From positions 8,993 through 72,992 of the forward strand of contig JBOGKM010000029.1 of assembly GCA_050747745.1 (NCBI GenBank): a stretch of DNA of 64,000 nt, in the 5' to 3' direction. The translations under genes were made by a program, and so were the position numbers. Within the stretch, counting starts at the first letter, position 1; each line of letters starts with the position of its first letter. The notes under the pieces are model-generated. The model had not been told where the DNA came from and did not search any database. It was given only the letters and a program-made list of their open reading frames with translations. The stretch comes from Terriglobales bacterium. Its GTDB lineage: Bacteria > Acidobacteriota > Terriglobia > Terriglobales > SCQP01. Shown here piece after piece: positions 8,834-18,120 of this stretch.

Positions 8834-10114
8834 TCAGCGGCCGTGGTTCCCACGCTCGGCAAAATACTGCCATTTATTGAGATTCGCCGGCACGGCGACC
8901 TTGAAAAAGCCGACCATCATTTCATCCGTGGTTTGATCTCCCCAGTAGACGGCCACGTGGGGATCGGGATTGTGGGGATTATCCGCCGAGTTGTCGTACC
9001 AGGCCACCGCCTGCAGTTTCGTTCCCGCCGGCAGCGCCAGCGGATGCGCCAGAATGTAGCTGCGCTCCCAGTAGAAGTTGTAGTTGACGCGCAGCAGCGG
9101 CACGATCTGCCCGTCGCGCCGGATCAGATCGTATTCGAAGCGCTTACCGCGCAGGTGCATGTGCGGGAAAAAGCTCAACAGCGTAGCCGGGCCGGGCAGC
9201 GTGCCCCAGGCCTCGACGCGAAAGTTCTTCACGCCGGGTGGAATCACGAAGCTGCTGTTGGTCAACTGCAGCGTGAGCACGCGCCGCTTGGGAGGCTTGC
9301 GGTTGAACACCAGGCCGATACTGCTCTGGTCCACGGCGGCTTGGCCGTTCGTGGTGTAATGCATCTGGAACACCAGGTCTGAACCTGCGGGTATATATTC
9401 GCCCAGATCGGACGGATAGCGCGCCGGCGCGCTGCCGGGGGCGTAGACTAACAGGATTTCGCTATCGGTCCACAGCGCCGCCGAGGTGGCCGGGCGGTGC
9501 AGCAGCGAGCTGGCGGTGAAGGGCTGATGCAGCGGCGCGCCGCGCAGCCATTTGGATCCGGGCGGACGCACGTAGACCACGGCGTGATGGATATGGGCAC
9601 GCGCACCAGGCCGGATTTCCGCCATCTGCACCCAGCGGCCATGGCCAAAGCCGGTGGGCACGATCTCGTAGGTGTACGCGACCTGGCCGGCGGCGGGCAG
9701 ATGTACCGGGATGGGCATGCGGAAAATCGCGTCCGGTTTGGCGATATTCCAGCCTCGGGCCCAGTGCCTCGGTGGCGGCGCCTGGCGCGGATCGCCCGCG
9801 GGCGCGCCCGCCGCGGCCCACGCAACCAGGGTGTGAATCTGCGCGGGAGTAAGCGAAGGATTATTGGCCCAATGCCCGATGCCGGGAACGGCAAACCAGG
9901 GCGGCATCTGCCGCGTGCTGGTTTTTTGCGCAATCCGGTGAGCGTAGGGTTCGGACTGGGCGTAGGTTTCCAGCGGCATGGGCCCGATTTCTCCGGGACG
10001 ATGGCAGAGCTGGCAATGCTGCTGGAGGATGGGCAGCACGTCCCTATAAAACGTGGGCGTCTGAGCTGCCGCGAGCACGGCCGCCAGCACCAGCAACAGC
10101 GCCAGGCGCATCAC
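8834..10114 (-). CDS. Secreted heme-c (CXXCH) domain fused to a copper type II ascorbate-dependent monooxygenase-like (PHM/DBH fold) domain
   Basis: Signal peptide. 'DVLPILQQHCQLCHRPG' is a c-type heme site. Cu-ligand-like motifs occur in PHM order and spacing: 'AHIHHAV', 'FQMHYT', 'FFPHMHLRGK', 'TTDEMMVGF'. Confidence 0.75.
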   Translation of the reverse strand: MMRLALLLVLAAVLAAAQTPTFYRDVLPILQQHCQLCHRPGEIGPMPLETYAQSEPYAHRIAQKTSTRQMPPWFAVPGIGHWANNPSLTPAQIHTLVAWAAAGAPAGDPRQAPPPRHWARGWNIAKPDAIFRMPIPVHLPAAGQVAYTYEIVPTGFGHGRWVQMAEIRPGARAHIHHAVVYVRPPGSKWLRGAPLHQPFTASSLLHRPATSAALWTDSEILLVYAPGSAPARYPSDLGEYIPAGSDLVFQMHYTTNGQAAVDQSSIGLVFNRKPPKRRVLTLQLTNSSFVIPPGVKNFRVEAWGTLPGPATLLSFFPHMHLRGKRFEYDLIRRDGQIVPLLRVNYNFYWERSYILAHPLALPAGTKLQAVAWYDNSADNPHNPDPHVAVYWGDQTTDEMMVGFFKVAVPANLNKWQYFAERGNHGR

Positions 10115-11454
10115 TGGACTGCGGGCGGATTGGGCAATTCCAGCGGCTGGTCGAGGCGCACGGCGAGGAATTCGCCCGCCCTAAGCGTGAGGTCCTTCTT
10201 GTGCGACAGCAGCACGCCCGCGGTACCCACCGCCGCGCCCGCGATGCCGCCGCGCATCAACCCGCCGTAGCCGCCAAAAATGCCGCCCAGCACCGCGCCG
10301 ATGGCCGCGCCCTCGCCGGCTTTTTTGCCTTCCTCGGCGCCCTGGCCGTTCACCGTGCCTTCGCTCTGATTCACCTGCTGGGCGCTGTTGCCGACGCCGT
10401 TGGTGGTGGCGCTCAGCGAGACCGGAGCTTCGCCGGGCAAAATCAGGGTGTTGTATTGCAGCTGCAGTTGGGCGTGGCCGCTGAGCTTGCCGCCACGCTG
10501 CACTTTTTCGACGATGCCGGTGATTTTCGATCCTGCCGGGATCGCCGCCACCGCCCCCACCCAGATCGGCACCGTGGTGGTGAGCGTAAACGCCTGGCCG
10601 GCGTAGGCTGTCTTGGTATTCAGTTCGCGATCCAGCCGTGTCTGGATAATCGTGCCCTCCGCCACCAGTATGCCGTTGCCGTACACCCCGCTGGGCAGCG
10701 TGGCTGCATCCGCGCCGAGCGGCAGCTGATGGGCGCGGCCGGCCGCCGCCGCGGCGATCGGCGGACGCGCGCCAATCGCAGCGTTGTAGAGGCGATGGTT
10801 GTAGCCGTCGTCGTAGCCCAGGCTGAAACCCTGGCGAAAGGAGGATTGATAAGCGCTGCTGCTACCCAGCCCGGAATCATAGCCCACCAGCGCCTGTTGG
10901 TATTCGTGGCTGGAGGTGGCATCATAGGCTGCGCCGGAATTGGCCGCCGCCTGGCCAACGTTATATCCTTCGCGGTAGCCATTGGCCTTAGCGCCCGTGG
11001 CAGGCGAATCGGCCGCCGCCGCGGGAGCCTCGCGAGGTGTGATCGCGACCGGTACTGGCGGCGCCAGCAGGGCGCGCGTGCGCCCCGCGTAGCCGTCGAA
11101 ATAGCCGTCGGAAAAACCGGTCTGAAAACGAGTGCGGTAGGTCTGCTCGGAGCCGTAGGCGGCGGTATAACCCGCGGTTCCATCTTCGTACACGGTGTAC
11201 TTGCGCACGCTGGCGCCCAGCCCGGCGGCTTTATCCTGAACCCCAAGCGGATAGGCCGCGTTATAACCGGCTGCGTAGGCGGGATCAATGTTGCTGTTGA
11301 CGGGAGCACCGGTGAGCTGCTGCGCGCTCAGCGATAGGCTGAACGCCACCAGCAGCGCCATGATCGGCCCCAGCCAGCCGACAGGGAGCTTGCATCGCCG
11401 CACGCGAGTACCTCCTCGAAGCATTGGACGCGCCCGGCGGCATCGAGGTTTCAC
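10111..11454 (-). CDS. Secreted repeat protein: four G-Y/F repeats, TrbI/VirB10-like beta domain, C-terminal glycine zipper
   Basis: Repeats 'AAGYNAAY', 'FQTGFSDGYFDGYAGR', 'NGYREGYNVGQ', 'FRQGFSLGYDDGYNHR'. 'GTIIQTRLDRELNT..AIPAGSKITG..LQLQYNTLILPG' resembles a TrbI C-terminal domain. Tail 'GAAIGAVLGGIFGGYGGLMRGGIAGAAVG'. ATGA overlap with 8834..10114. The start is probably the internal Met at 11424. Confidence 0.65.
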   Translation of the reverse strand: MKPRCRRARPMLRGGTRVRRCKLPVGWLGPIMALLVAFSLSLSAQQLTGAPVNSNIDPAYAAGYNAAYPLGVQDKAAGLGASVRKYTVYEDGTAGYTAAYGSEQTYRTRFQTGFSDGYFDGYAGRTRALLAPPVPVAITPREAPAAAADSPATGAKANGYREGYNVGQAAANSGAAYDATSSHEYQQALVGYDSGLGSSSAYQSSFRQGFSLGYDDGYNHRLYNAAIGARPPIAAAAAGRAHQLPLGADAATLPSGVYGNGILVAEGTIIQTRLDRELNTKTAYAGQAFTLTTTVPIWVGAVAAIPAGSKITGIVEKVQRGGKLSGHAQLQLQYNTLILPGEAPVSLSATTNGVGNSAQQVNQSEGTVNGQGAEEGKKAGEGAAIGAVLGGIFGGYGGLMRGGIAGAAVGTAGVLLSHKKDLTLRAGEFLAVRLDQPLELPNPPAVQ

Positions 11455-11546
11455 CCTTACAGGGTAATGTGGCCGCGCCCGGAGCGCCAGCCGGTGTCGG
11501 TTGCCGCAGATCGAAGCCCGTGCCCTCCCGCCGCCATAATCAGTCT

Positions 11547-12896
11547 GTGAACTATCTTAGGCCCATCCGCGGCTGGCGTTGTGGACAGCGCGATTTCGCT
11601 CTAGGCGAGCGCACCTGGATCATGGCCATCCTCAATCTCACGTCCGATTCGTTTTACCCCGCCAGCCGCCTCGATCCTTCCGCGCCACAGCCGCTGGAAA
11701 GCGCCGCCGGCGCCGCCCTCGAAGCCGGCGCCGATATTCTCGATCTGGGCGCCGAGTCCACCCGTCCCGGCTCGGCGCCGCTGGCTCCGGCTGCCGAGCA
11801 GGCGCGCTTGCTGCCCGCCCTGCGATTGTTGCGGCGCCGGTTCCCCCACGCCTTGCTCTCCTCCGATACCCGCCACGCCGCCACCGCCCGCGCGGCGCTC
11901 GCTTCGGGTGCCGACATCATCAACGACGTTTCCGGCGGTGCGGATCCCGCCATGCTGCCGCTGCTTTCGGAGAGCGCCTGCGGTATCGTAGTCACGCACT
12001 GCCGCGGCGAGTTCGCCACCATGCATAAGCTGCCGCCGCTCGCCGATCCGCTGGCGACGGTGCTGGCCGGCCTGCGCTCGCTCGCCCAGCGCGCCGCCGC
12101 CGCCGGCATTGACGGCGAGCGCGTCATCCTGGATCCCGGTTTCGGCTTCGGCAAAAATCTGGACGAAAACTTTCCCCTGCTTGCCGGCCTCGATCATCTG
12201 CTCGCGCTCGGCTTTCCGCTGTTGGTGGGCTTTTCGCGCAAATCGTTTCTGCGCCGCGAACGCAGCCAGGGTCCGGAGGCTCGCCTTCCGGCCAGCCTCG
12301 CCGCCGCCACCGCCGCCGCGCTGGCCGGCGCGCACATTGTCCGCACGCACGATGTGGCCGCAACGCGCGAGGCGTTGCGCATCACCGGCCACCTGCTGGC
12401 CCATGGCCCGCGGGTGCGCCGCGCGCGGCCCGCCGACGTGAACGCGATTACCTCGCTGCTCGACGCCAACACCGCCGCGCACAGCGGCGCCCTCACCGGC
12501 TCGTTTCCGCGCGCCCGCGTCGCTTCCTGGGTGGAAAGCTCCATGCCGGTCATGGTGGCCGAGTTGGATGATCAGCTGGCCGGCGTCCTGGTCAGCTCCG
12601 ACCCGGAAGCGTGGCGTGCGTCGCCCGTAATCGTGGCCATGCTCGCGGCCCACCCCCTCCCTTCTGGCGCCTATCTTTACGGCCCGGTCTGCATTGCCGC
12701 CGCCGCGCGCGGCCGCAGCGTGCTGCCCGCGCTCTATGCCGGGCTGCAGCGCCTGCTCCCCGGCCGCGAAGCTATCCTCTTCATTCGCGCCGACAATTCC
12801 CGCTCGCTGCGCGTGCACGAAAAATTGGGAATGCATCGCGCCGCCTCATTCCGCTTCGACGGCGCCGAGTTCGCCATCTGGAGCAGCCTGAGGTAA
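11547..12896 (+). CDS. folP: Dihydropteroate synthase fused to a C-terminal GNAT-like acetyltransferase domain
   Basis: 'WIMAILNLTSDSF', 'DILDLGAESTRPG', 'INDVSGG', 'ILDPGFGFGK', 'LVGFSRKSF' and 'VRTHDV' are DHPS hallmarks. From about 12410, 'VRRARPADVNAITSLLD...' continues in the same ORF as a GNAT-like domain. GTG 11547 was chosen as the start (N-terminal 'GWRCGQRDFALG' is typical of FolP). Confidence 0.85.
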   Translation: MNYLRPIRGWRCGQRDFALGERTWIMAILNLTSDSFYPASRLDPSAPQPLESAAGAALEAGADILDLGAESTRPGSAPLAPAAEQARLLPALRLLRRRFPHALLSSDTRHAATARAALASGADIINDVSGGADPAMLPLLSESACGIVVTHCRGEFATMHKLPPLADPLATVLAGLRSLAQRAAAAGIDGERVILDPGFGFGKNLDENFPLLAGLDHLLALGFPLLVGFSRKSFLRRERSQGPEARLPASLAAATAAALAGAHIVRTHDVAATREALRITGHLLAHGPRVRRARPADVNAITSLLDANTAAHSGALTGSFPRARVASWVESSMPVMVAELDDQLAGVLVSSDPEAWRASPVIVAMLAAHPLPSGAYLYGPVCIAAAARGRSVLPALYAGLQRLLPGREAILFIRADNSRSLRVHEKLGMHRAASFRFDGAEFAIWSSLR

Positions 12897-12916
12897 AATG
12901 AGGGCGCAGCCCGCCT

Positions 12917-14608
12917 TTGGAGCGTCAGGACCCCCCGCTCATGCCGGATTCCGTTATTCCGAGACCCGAAAACGCCGCCCTAGGCGAGGACCCTTCCTTC
13001 GCCCAGCTTTTAGCCCAGTTTGACAGTGAAAGCGACAGCGCCGGTCCGGCTCGCGGCGAGCGCCGCAGCGGCCACGTGGTGAACTTGCGCGAAGATGTAG
13101 CGCTGGTGGATATCGGCGCGAAAGCCGAAGGGGTGCTCCCGCTCGACATTTGGCGCGAGCAGGGACCGGGCACCGAGCTGACACCCGGCGAGGCGATCGA
13201 GGTTGTGGTGGAAGGCCGCGACCCGGAAGGCAGCTTCAGACTTAGCCCCTATTCCCCCGACCGCCCGCGCACGCTGGAAGACGCCCGCATAGCGTTCGAG
13301 CAACACCGGGTACTGCGCGGCAAGGTCACCGGTGCAGTCAAAGGCGGCCTGACGGTGGATGTGGGTTTGCCCGGCTTTATTCCGCAATCCAAAAGCGGCG
13401 TTCGCGATGCCGGCGAGCTGCACAAGCTGGTCGGCCAGGAAGTGTTCTGCCGCATCATCAAGGCGCCTGAGGAAAAGCGCCTGTTGCTCGATCGCCGCAG
13501 CCTGCTGGAAGAACAGCAGCGCGCGGCGCAGCGGGAAACACTGGCGCACCTGCAGGAAGGCGACGAACTGACCGCTACGGTCAGCAGCCTGGCCACTTAT
13601 GGCGCGTTTGTGGATATCGGCGGCGTGGATGCCTTGCTGCACATCTCCGACATGAGCTGGACGCGGCTGAGTGAACCTGGCCAGGTCCTCACCCTCGGTC
13701 AGACGCTCACGGTCAAAGTCCTCAAACTCGACCGCGAAAACAAGCGTATCTCGGTTGGCCTCAAGCAGCTCACGCCCGACCCCTGGGCGGGGGTGCCCGA
13801 GCGCTATCCGGAAGGTACGCGCGTGCGCGGCCCGGTCACGCGCACCTCCGATTTCGGCGCCTTCGTCGAGATCGAACCCGGCGTCGAAGGCTTGATCCAC
13901 ATCAGCGAAATGTCCTGGTCGCGCCGCGTCCACAAGCCTACCGACGTGGTAAAGGTTGGCGAAACGGTGGAGGCCGCGGTGCTTGGCGTGCACCCCAAGG
14001 AGCGCCGGATTTCCCTCGGCCTGAAGCAGGCGCTGGGTGATCCCTGGGCCGATGCCGAAACCAAATACAAACCGGGAACGGTAGTCGAGGGCAAGGTGCG
14101 CAACCTGCAGCAGTTCGGCGCATTTTTGGAGATTGCCGGAGGCGTGGACGGCATGGTTCACATCGGTGACATCAGCCCCGAGCGCATCACCCACCCCGAC
14201 AAGGTACTGAAGCTGGGCGAGGTAGTGCGCGCCCAGGTGCTGGAACTGGACCTCAAGCAACGGCGTCTGCGGCTGGGCATGAAACAGCTCGTCCCCACTC
14301 CGTTCGAGGAGTTCGTGAGCACCCACCAGGTGGGCGAGCAGTTAAGCGGGCGCGTGGTCAAGGCATTTCCCGGCCGGGTGCAGCTCGATGAAGGCATCGA
14401 GGCGGCATGCCCGTCGGCCCTGGCGCCGCTGCGCGTGATCGAGGAAGGCACGCTGGCGGCCAAGCTGGCCGCGGTCTGGAAACCTGCGCAGGCCGCCGCG
14501 CCCCAGCCCGCGCCCTCCGGCGTGACTCTCAAAGCCGGCGAGGTGCGCCATTTCCGCCTCAGCCTGCTCGACGCCGAGCGCCACAAAATCGAAGTCGAGC
14601 CCGCCTAA
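12917..14608 (+). CDS. rpsA: 30S ribosomal protein S1
   Basis: Six tandem S1 (OB-fold) repeats of the form 'G..V.G.V......GAFV.I.GVDGL.HIS.' across 563 aa. Start TTG 12917 or ATG 12941. Confidence 0.92.
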   Translation: MERQDPPLMPDSVIPRPENAALGEDPSFAQLLAQFDSESDSAGPARGERRSGHVVNLREDVALVDIGAKAEGVLPLDIWREQGPGTELTPGEAIEVVVEGRDPEGSFRLSPYSPDRPRTLEDARIAFEQHRVLRGKVTGAVKGGLTVDVGLPGFIPQSKSGVRDAGELHKLVGQEVFCRIIKAPEEKRLLLDRRSLLEEQQRAAQRETLAHLQEGDELTATVSSLATYGAFVDIGGVDALLHISDMSWTRLSEPGQVLTLGQTLTVKVLKLDRENKRISVGLKQLTPDPWAGVPERYPEGTRVRGPVTRTSDFGAFVEIEPGVEGLIHISEMSWSRRVHKPTDVVKVGETVEAAVLGVHPKERRISLGLKQALGDPWADAETKYKPGTVVEGKVRNLQQFGAFLEIAGGVDGMVHIGDISPERITHPDKVLKLGEVVRAQVLELDLKQRRLRLGMKQLVPTPFEEFVSTHQVGEQLSGRVVKAFPGRVQLDEGIEAACPSALAPLRVIEEGTLAAKLAAVWKPAQAAAPQPAPSGVTLKAGEVRHFRLSLLDAERHKIEVEPA

Positions 14609-14629
14609 TCGGCGAGCGTGGATCTCGGG

Positions 14630-16003
14630 TTAGTTCCCGCCGCGCCGGAGCTTTTCCAGCTCCGCCATCCGTTCCCGGATGCGCTTTTCCCAGCCCTGCT
14701 CGCCGGGCTGGTAGTAGCTCCGGCCGCGCAGGTTTTCCGGCAGGCATTCCATGGCGGCGACCTTGGACTCGAGGTCGTGCGCGTACTGGTAGCCGCGGCC
14801 GTAGCCGAGGCCGCGCATCAGCCCGGTGGCTGCGTTGCGCAGGTGCAGCGGCACCGGCTCGGCGCGCGTCGTGTGTACATCCTCGACCACGCGTCCGTAA
14901 GCGGCGTAGAGGGCATTCGACTTCGGCGCCAGCGCCATGTAGACGCAGGCCTGCGCCAGCGCCAGCGCCGCCTCCGGCATGCCCAGCGCCTTGACGGCCG
15001 CCCGTGCCGCCAGCGCCTGCTCCAGCGCGCGCGGATCCGCCAACCCGATGTCCTCGGACGCCATGCGCACCATCCGCCGGGCCGCGTACATCGGATCTTC
15101 GCCGCTTTCCAGCAGACGCGCCAGCCAGTAAAGGCTGGCGTCCGGATCGCTATTGCGGACCGATTTGTGCAGCGCCGAAATGAGATTGAAATGCTGCTCG
15201 CCGCCGGCATCATACAGCAGCGTCTTGTGTTGCAGCGTGGCGTCGAGCAGTGCGACGGTGATTTCGATCTGGCTGCTGACATCCGGCTCAGCCCCGGCCG
15301 CCGCCGCTTCCAGCAGATTCAACCCTACGCGCGCATCGCCGTTGGCAAACGCCGCTATCCGCCGCAGTTCCGCTTCGCCCACGGCGATCTCCCGCACGCC
15401 TGCTCTGCCGGCCAGCACGCCGCGTTCGCGATCGCTCAGCGCCCGGCGCAACAGCGCGGCGATGTCCTCGTCGCTCAGCGCCTCCAGCACGTACACCCGC
15501 GCCCGCGACAGCAGCGCCGAGTTCACCTCGAAGCTCGGGTTCTCCGTGGTGGCGCCGATGAGGGTGATCGCGCCGCTTTCGACAAAGGGCAGAAAGGCAT
15601 CCTGCTGGGCGCGGTTGAAGCGATGAATTTCGTCAATAAAAACGATGGTCCGCTGTCCGGCGTGCTGGGCGCGTTCCGCCGCCGCCATTACCTCCCGGAT
15701 TTCCTTGATGCCGCTGGTCACGGCGCTGAAGGGCACGAACCGCCGTCGCGTCTGCGCCGCGATGATGCGCGCCAGGGTGGTTTTGCCCACGCCCGGCGGT
15801 CCCCACAGCAGAATGGATCCCAACTGGTCGCGTTCGATCTGCAGCCGGAGCGGCATGCCCGGCGCCAGCAGATGCTGCTGGCCCACCAGTTCCTCCAGCC
15901 CCTGGGGCCGCATGCGATCGGCCAGCGGCGGGGCGGCCGCGGCCGGCTCCGGAGGTGTTGCAAACAGTGACATGCGCGCTTCGACCCCCGCCTTAGGAGG
16001 CAC
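14630..16003 (-). CDS. rarA: Replication-associated recombination protein A (AAA+ ATPase MgsA/RarA)
   Basis: '[21 protein letters not shown]', Walker A '[17 protein letters not shown]', '[11 protein letters not shown]', and the C-terminal MgsA helical domain '[28 protein letters not shown]'. Confidence 0.93.
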   Translation of the reverse strand: MPPKAGVEARMSLFATPPEPAAAAPPLADRMRPQGLEELVGQQHLLAPGMPLRLQIERDQLGSILLWGPPGVGKTTLARIIAAQTRRRFVPFSAVTSGIKEIREVMAAAERAQHAGQRTIVFIDEIHRFNRAQQDAFLPFVESGAITLIGATTENPSFEVNSALLSRARVYVLEALSDEDIAALLRRALSDRERGVLAGRAGVREIAVGEAELRRIAAFANGDARVGLNLLEAAAAGAEPDVSSQIEITVALLDATLQHKTLLYDAGGEQHFNLISALHKSVRNSDPDASLYWLARLLESGEDPMYAARRMVRMASEDIGLADPRALEQALAARAAVKALGMPEAALALAQACVYMALAPKSNALYAAYGRVVEDVHTTRAEPVPLHLRNAATGLMRGLGYGRGYQYAHDLESKVAAMECLPENLRGRSYYQPGEQGWEKRIRERMAELEKLRRGGN

Positions 16004-16102
16004 CTGCTTCGGAGGGTAGGTTGGCTCGCCGGTGCGGCCCGGGCGAGCTCCTCGCCATCAATCACTACTACATTATCCTGCCCGGCCTGATCAGTTCGTC
16101 AG

Positions 16103-16906
16103 CTACTGCGCGGGGGCGCGCCGAAGCCGCGCCGCGGTAAATAGCAAAATCGCTCCGGCCATCGCCGCGTTCAGCGACTCCACGCCGCTGGCGATCGGGA
16201 TCGTCACCGTCGCATCGGCGACGCGCAGCAGCGCCCGCGGCACGCCTGCCGCTTCCTGGCCAATCACCAGGCACACCGGAGCGTCCAGGCCGGCCTGTTC
16301 TGGCGCGGTTCCGCCCCGCGTCGCCGTCGCCACCAGCCGCACGCCGCGGGAGCGGCAGGCGGCCATCAGCTCTTCGGCGCTTACCCGCGCCGCCACTGGC
16401 AAATGAAACAGCGAACCTGCGCTGGCGCGGACAGCCTTGGGATTGAATGGGCTTACCGTATCCGCCAGCGCCACCACCCCGGTAGCGCCAAAGGCTGCGG
16501 CGGCGCGCAGCAGCGTGCCCAAATTGCCCGGATCCTGCAACCCCCCGGCGGCCACAATGAGTGCCCGCTCGCCGAACATCGTATCCATGGATGCTGCGGT
16601 CCAGGCCACCAGCGCCGCCACCCCTTGCGGGTGTTCGGCATCCATGGCGGCGGCGAACGGCGCCTCTTCCGTCACCGCAATCACGGCGTATTTGGAAAAT
16701 TGCGGCAGCAGTTTGGCGCCGTGCTGTTCCAGGCCGCGGCGGCTGAACAGCACTTTTTCGATCCGTGCCCGGCTGCGCAGCGCCTCCCCGATCAGCCGCG
16801 GCCCCTCGAGGGCCAGCGCCGTCTCCGGCGGTCCGATGCGAAAGGCCCGGCGGAATTCGCCTAGCAACGCGTGATGACGCCCGATCGGGCTCGCTTCCCT
16901 CGGCAC
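16103..16906 (-). CDS. TrmH/SpoU-family RNA 2'-O-methyltransferase
   Basis: SPOUT motifs 'DPGNLGTLLRAAAAFG', 'LVIGQEAAGVP' and 'IPIASGVESLNAAMAGAILLF'. Confidence 0.85.
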   Translation of the reverse strand: MPREASPIGRHHALLGEFRRAFRIGPPETALALEGPRLIGEALRSRARIEKVLFSRRGLEQHGAKLLPQFSKYAVIAVTEEAPFAAAMDAEHPQGVAALVAWTAASMDTMFGERALIVAAGGLQDPGNLGTLLRAAAAFGATGVVALADTVSPFNPKAVRASAGSLFHLPVAARVSAEELMAACRSRGVRLVATATRGGTAPEQAGLDAPVCLVIGQEAAGVPRALLRVADATVTIPIASGVESLNAAMAGAILLFTAARLRRAPAQ

Positions 16907-17061
16907 CTCCCGAGTGTAGCCGACTATTTAAGCAGACTTATTTTGATTCCAGTCCAACCTTTTGGCCTCGCGCCCCCCGCGAGCTTTCCAGAAGCCCACC
17001 CAGCAGAATCAATGACTTGCGAACAAAAACTGTAGATATATAGGACCGCGAAGGCGCCGCC

Positions 17062-18090
17062 TTATAGGATCAGCATGCAGTCGCCGTAGCTGAGGAACCG
17101 GTAGCCGTTTTGGAGGGCATGCCGGTAAGCGTGGCGCACGCGATCCAGGCCGGCCAGGGCGGCGATCATCATCAACAGCGTGGTCTTGGGTGCGTGGAAG
17201 TTGGTCAGCAGTCCGTCCAGCGCGCGGAAGCTGTAGCCGGGGTAGATGTAAATACCCGTGGCGCCGCTGCTGGGCGCAAACTGGCTTCCGGCATCGGGCG
17301 CAATGGTTTCCAGCACGCGCGCGGCCGTGGTGCCCACGCCGATGATGCGCTTGCCCCGGCTGCGTGCGCGGTTCAACGCCGCCGCCGCCGCCGCGCTCAC
17401 CGCGTAGCGCTCGTGGTGCATGGGATGCTGCTCGATAGTCTCGCTGGTCACCGGCTGAAACGTGCCCAGCCCGACGTGTAAGCTGATCGTTGTCCATGCC
17501 ATGCCGCACGCCTTCAGGCGTTCCAGCACGCGCGCGCTGAAGTGGAGACCCGCAGTGGGCGCCGCCGCCGAGCCGGTCGCGCGCGCGTAGATGGTCTGGT
17601 AGCGCTCGTGATCCGCGGCCGCGTCCGGACGCCTGATATAGGGCGGCAGCGGCACGTGGCCGTGGATCTCGAGCCAGGCCGCAAGGCTGGGCACGCCGGA
17701 AAAGCGCAGCCGCCGCTCGCCGCGCTCACTCCGGCCCACGACCTCGGCGCGCAGCCCGGCGGCAAACGCCAGCTTCGTGCCCGGCGCGAGTTTACCGGCC
17801 GGCCGCGTCAGCGCCGTCCATTCCTCTGCCCCCACCTCCTCCAATAGCAGAATCTCGGCCTTGCCGCCGTCGGCGCGCTGGCCCAACAATCGCGCCGGAA
17901 ACACGCGTGACTCGTTGGCGACTAGCAAGTCACCGGGCGCGAGCAGTTCCGGCAGGTCGCGGAACTGCCGGTCTTCCAGATCTCCGTCCGTACGGCGCAG
18001 CACCAGCATGCGCGCCGCATCGCGTTCGGCGGGTGGCTGCTGGGCGATGCGCTCCGGCGGCAACTCGTAATCAAATTCGCTCAACTGCAT
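17062..18090 (-). CDS. queA: S-adenosylmethionine:tRNA ribosyltransferase-isomerase
   Basis: The canonical N-terminus 'MQLSEFDYELPPERIAQQP' starts at ATG 18090. 'GTTAARVLE' and 'LLTNFHAPKTTLLMMIAA' follow. The 111 codons upstream in the track ORF are shadow sequence overlapping the aldolase gene. Confidence 0.93.
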   Translation of the reverse strand: MQLSEFDYELPPERIAQQPPAERDAARMLVLRRTDGDLEDRQFRDLPELLAPGDLLVANESRVFPARLLGQRADGGKAEILLLEEVGAEEWTALTRPAGKLAPGTKLAFAAGLRAEVVGRSERGERRLRFSGVPSLAAWLEIHGHVPLPPYIRRPDAAADHERYQTIYARATGSAAAPTAGLHFSARVLERLKACGMAWTTISLHVGLGTFQPVTSETIEQHPMHHERYAVSAAAAAALNRARSRGKRIIGVGTTAARVLETIAPDAGSQFAPSSGATGIYIYPGYSFRALDGLLTNFHAPKTTLLMMIAALAGLDRVRHAYRHALQNGYRFLSYGDCMLIL

Positions 18091-18120
18091 CCGAGTTCCA
18101 GCATAGGCGATAATGTCGCC

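Noticed and set aside
13010-14326. 438-aa minus-strand ORF opposite rpsA
   Set aside because: It runs antisense to six clear S1 repeats. Its composition is dominated by A/R/G/L/D with no domain pattern.
14618-15970. 450-aa plus-strand ORF opposite rarA
   Set aside because: The minus strand encodes an unmistakable RarA/MgsA (Walker A, MgsA C-terminal domain). The plus-frame product is Arg/Gln-rich shadow sequence.
16907-17061. Hairpins (CTCGCG-CCCCC-CGCGAG at about 16964-16980; AAGGCG/CGCCTT near 17050) as intrinsic terminators for queA
   Set aside because: On the relevant (minus) strand the stems are not followed by a U-tract. I cannot support a Rho-independent terminator call from sequence alone.
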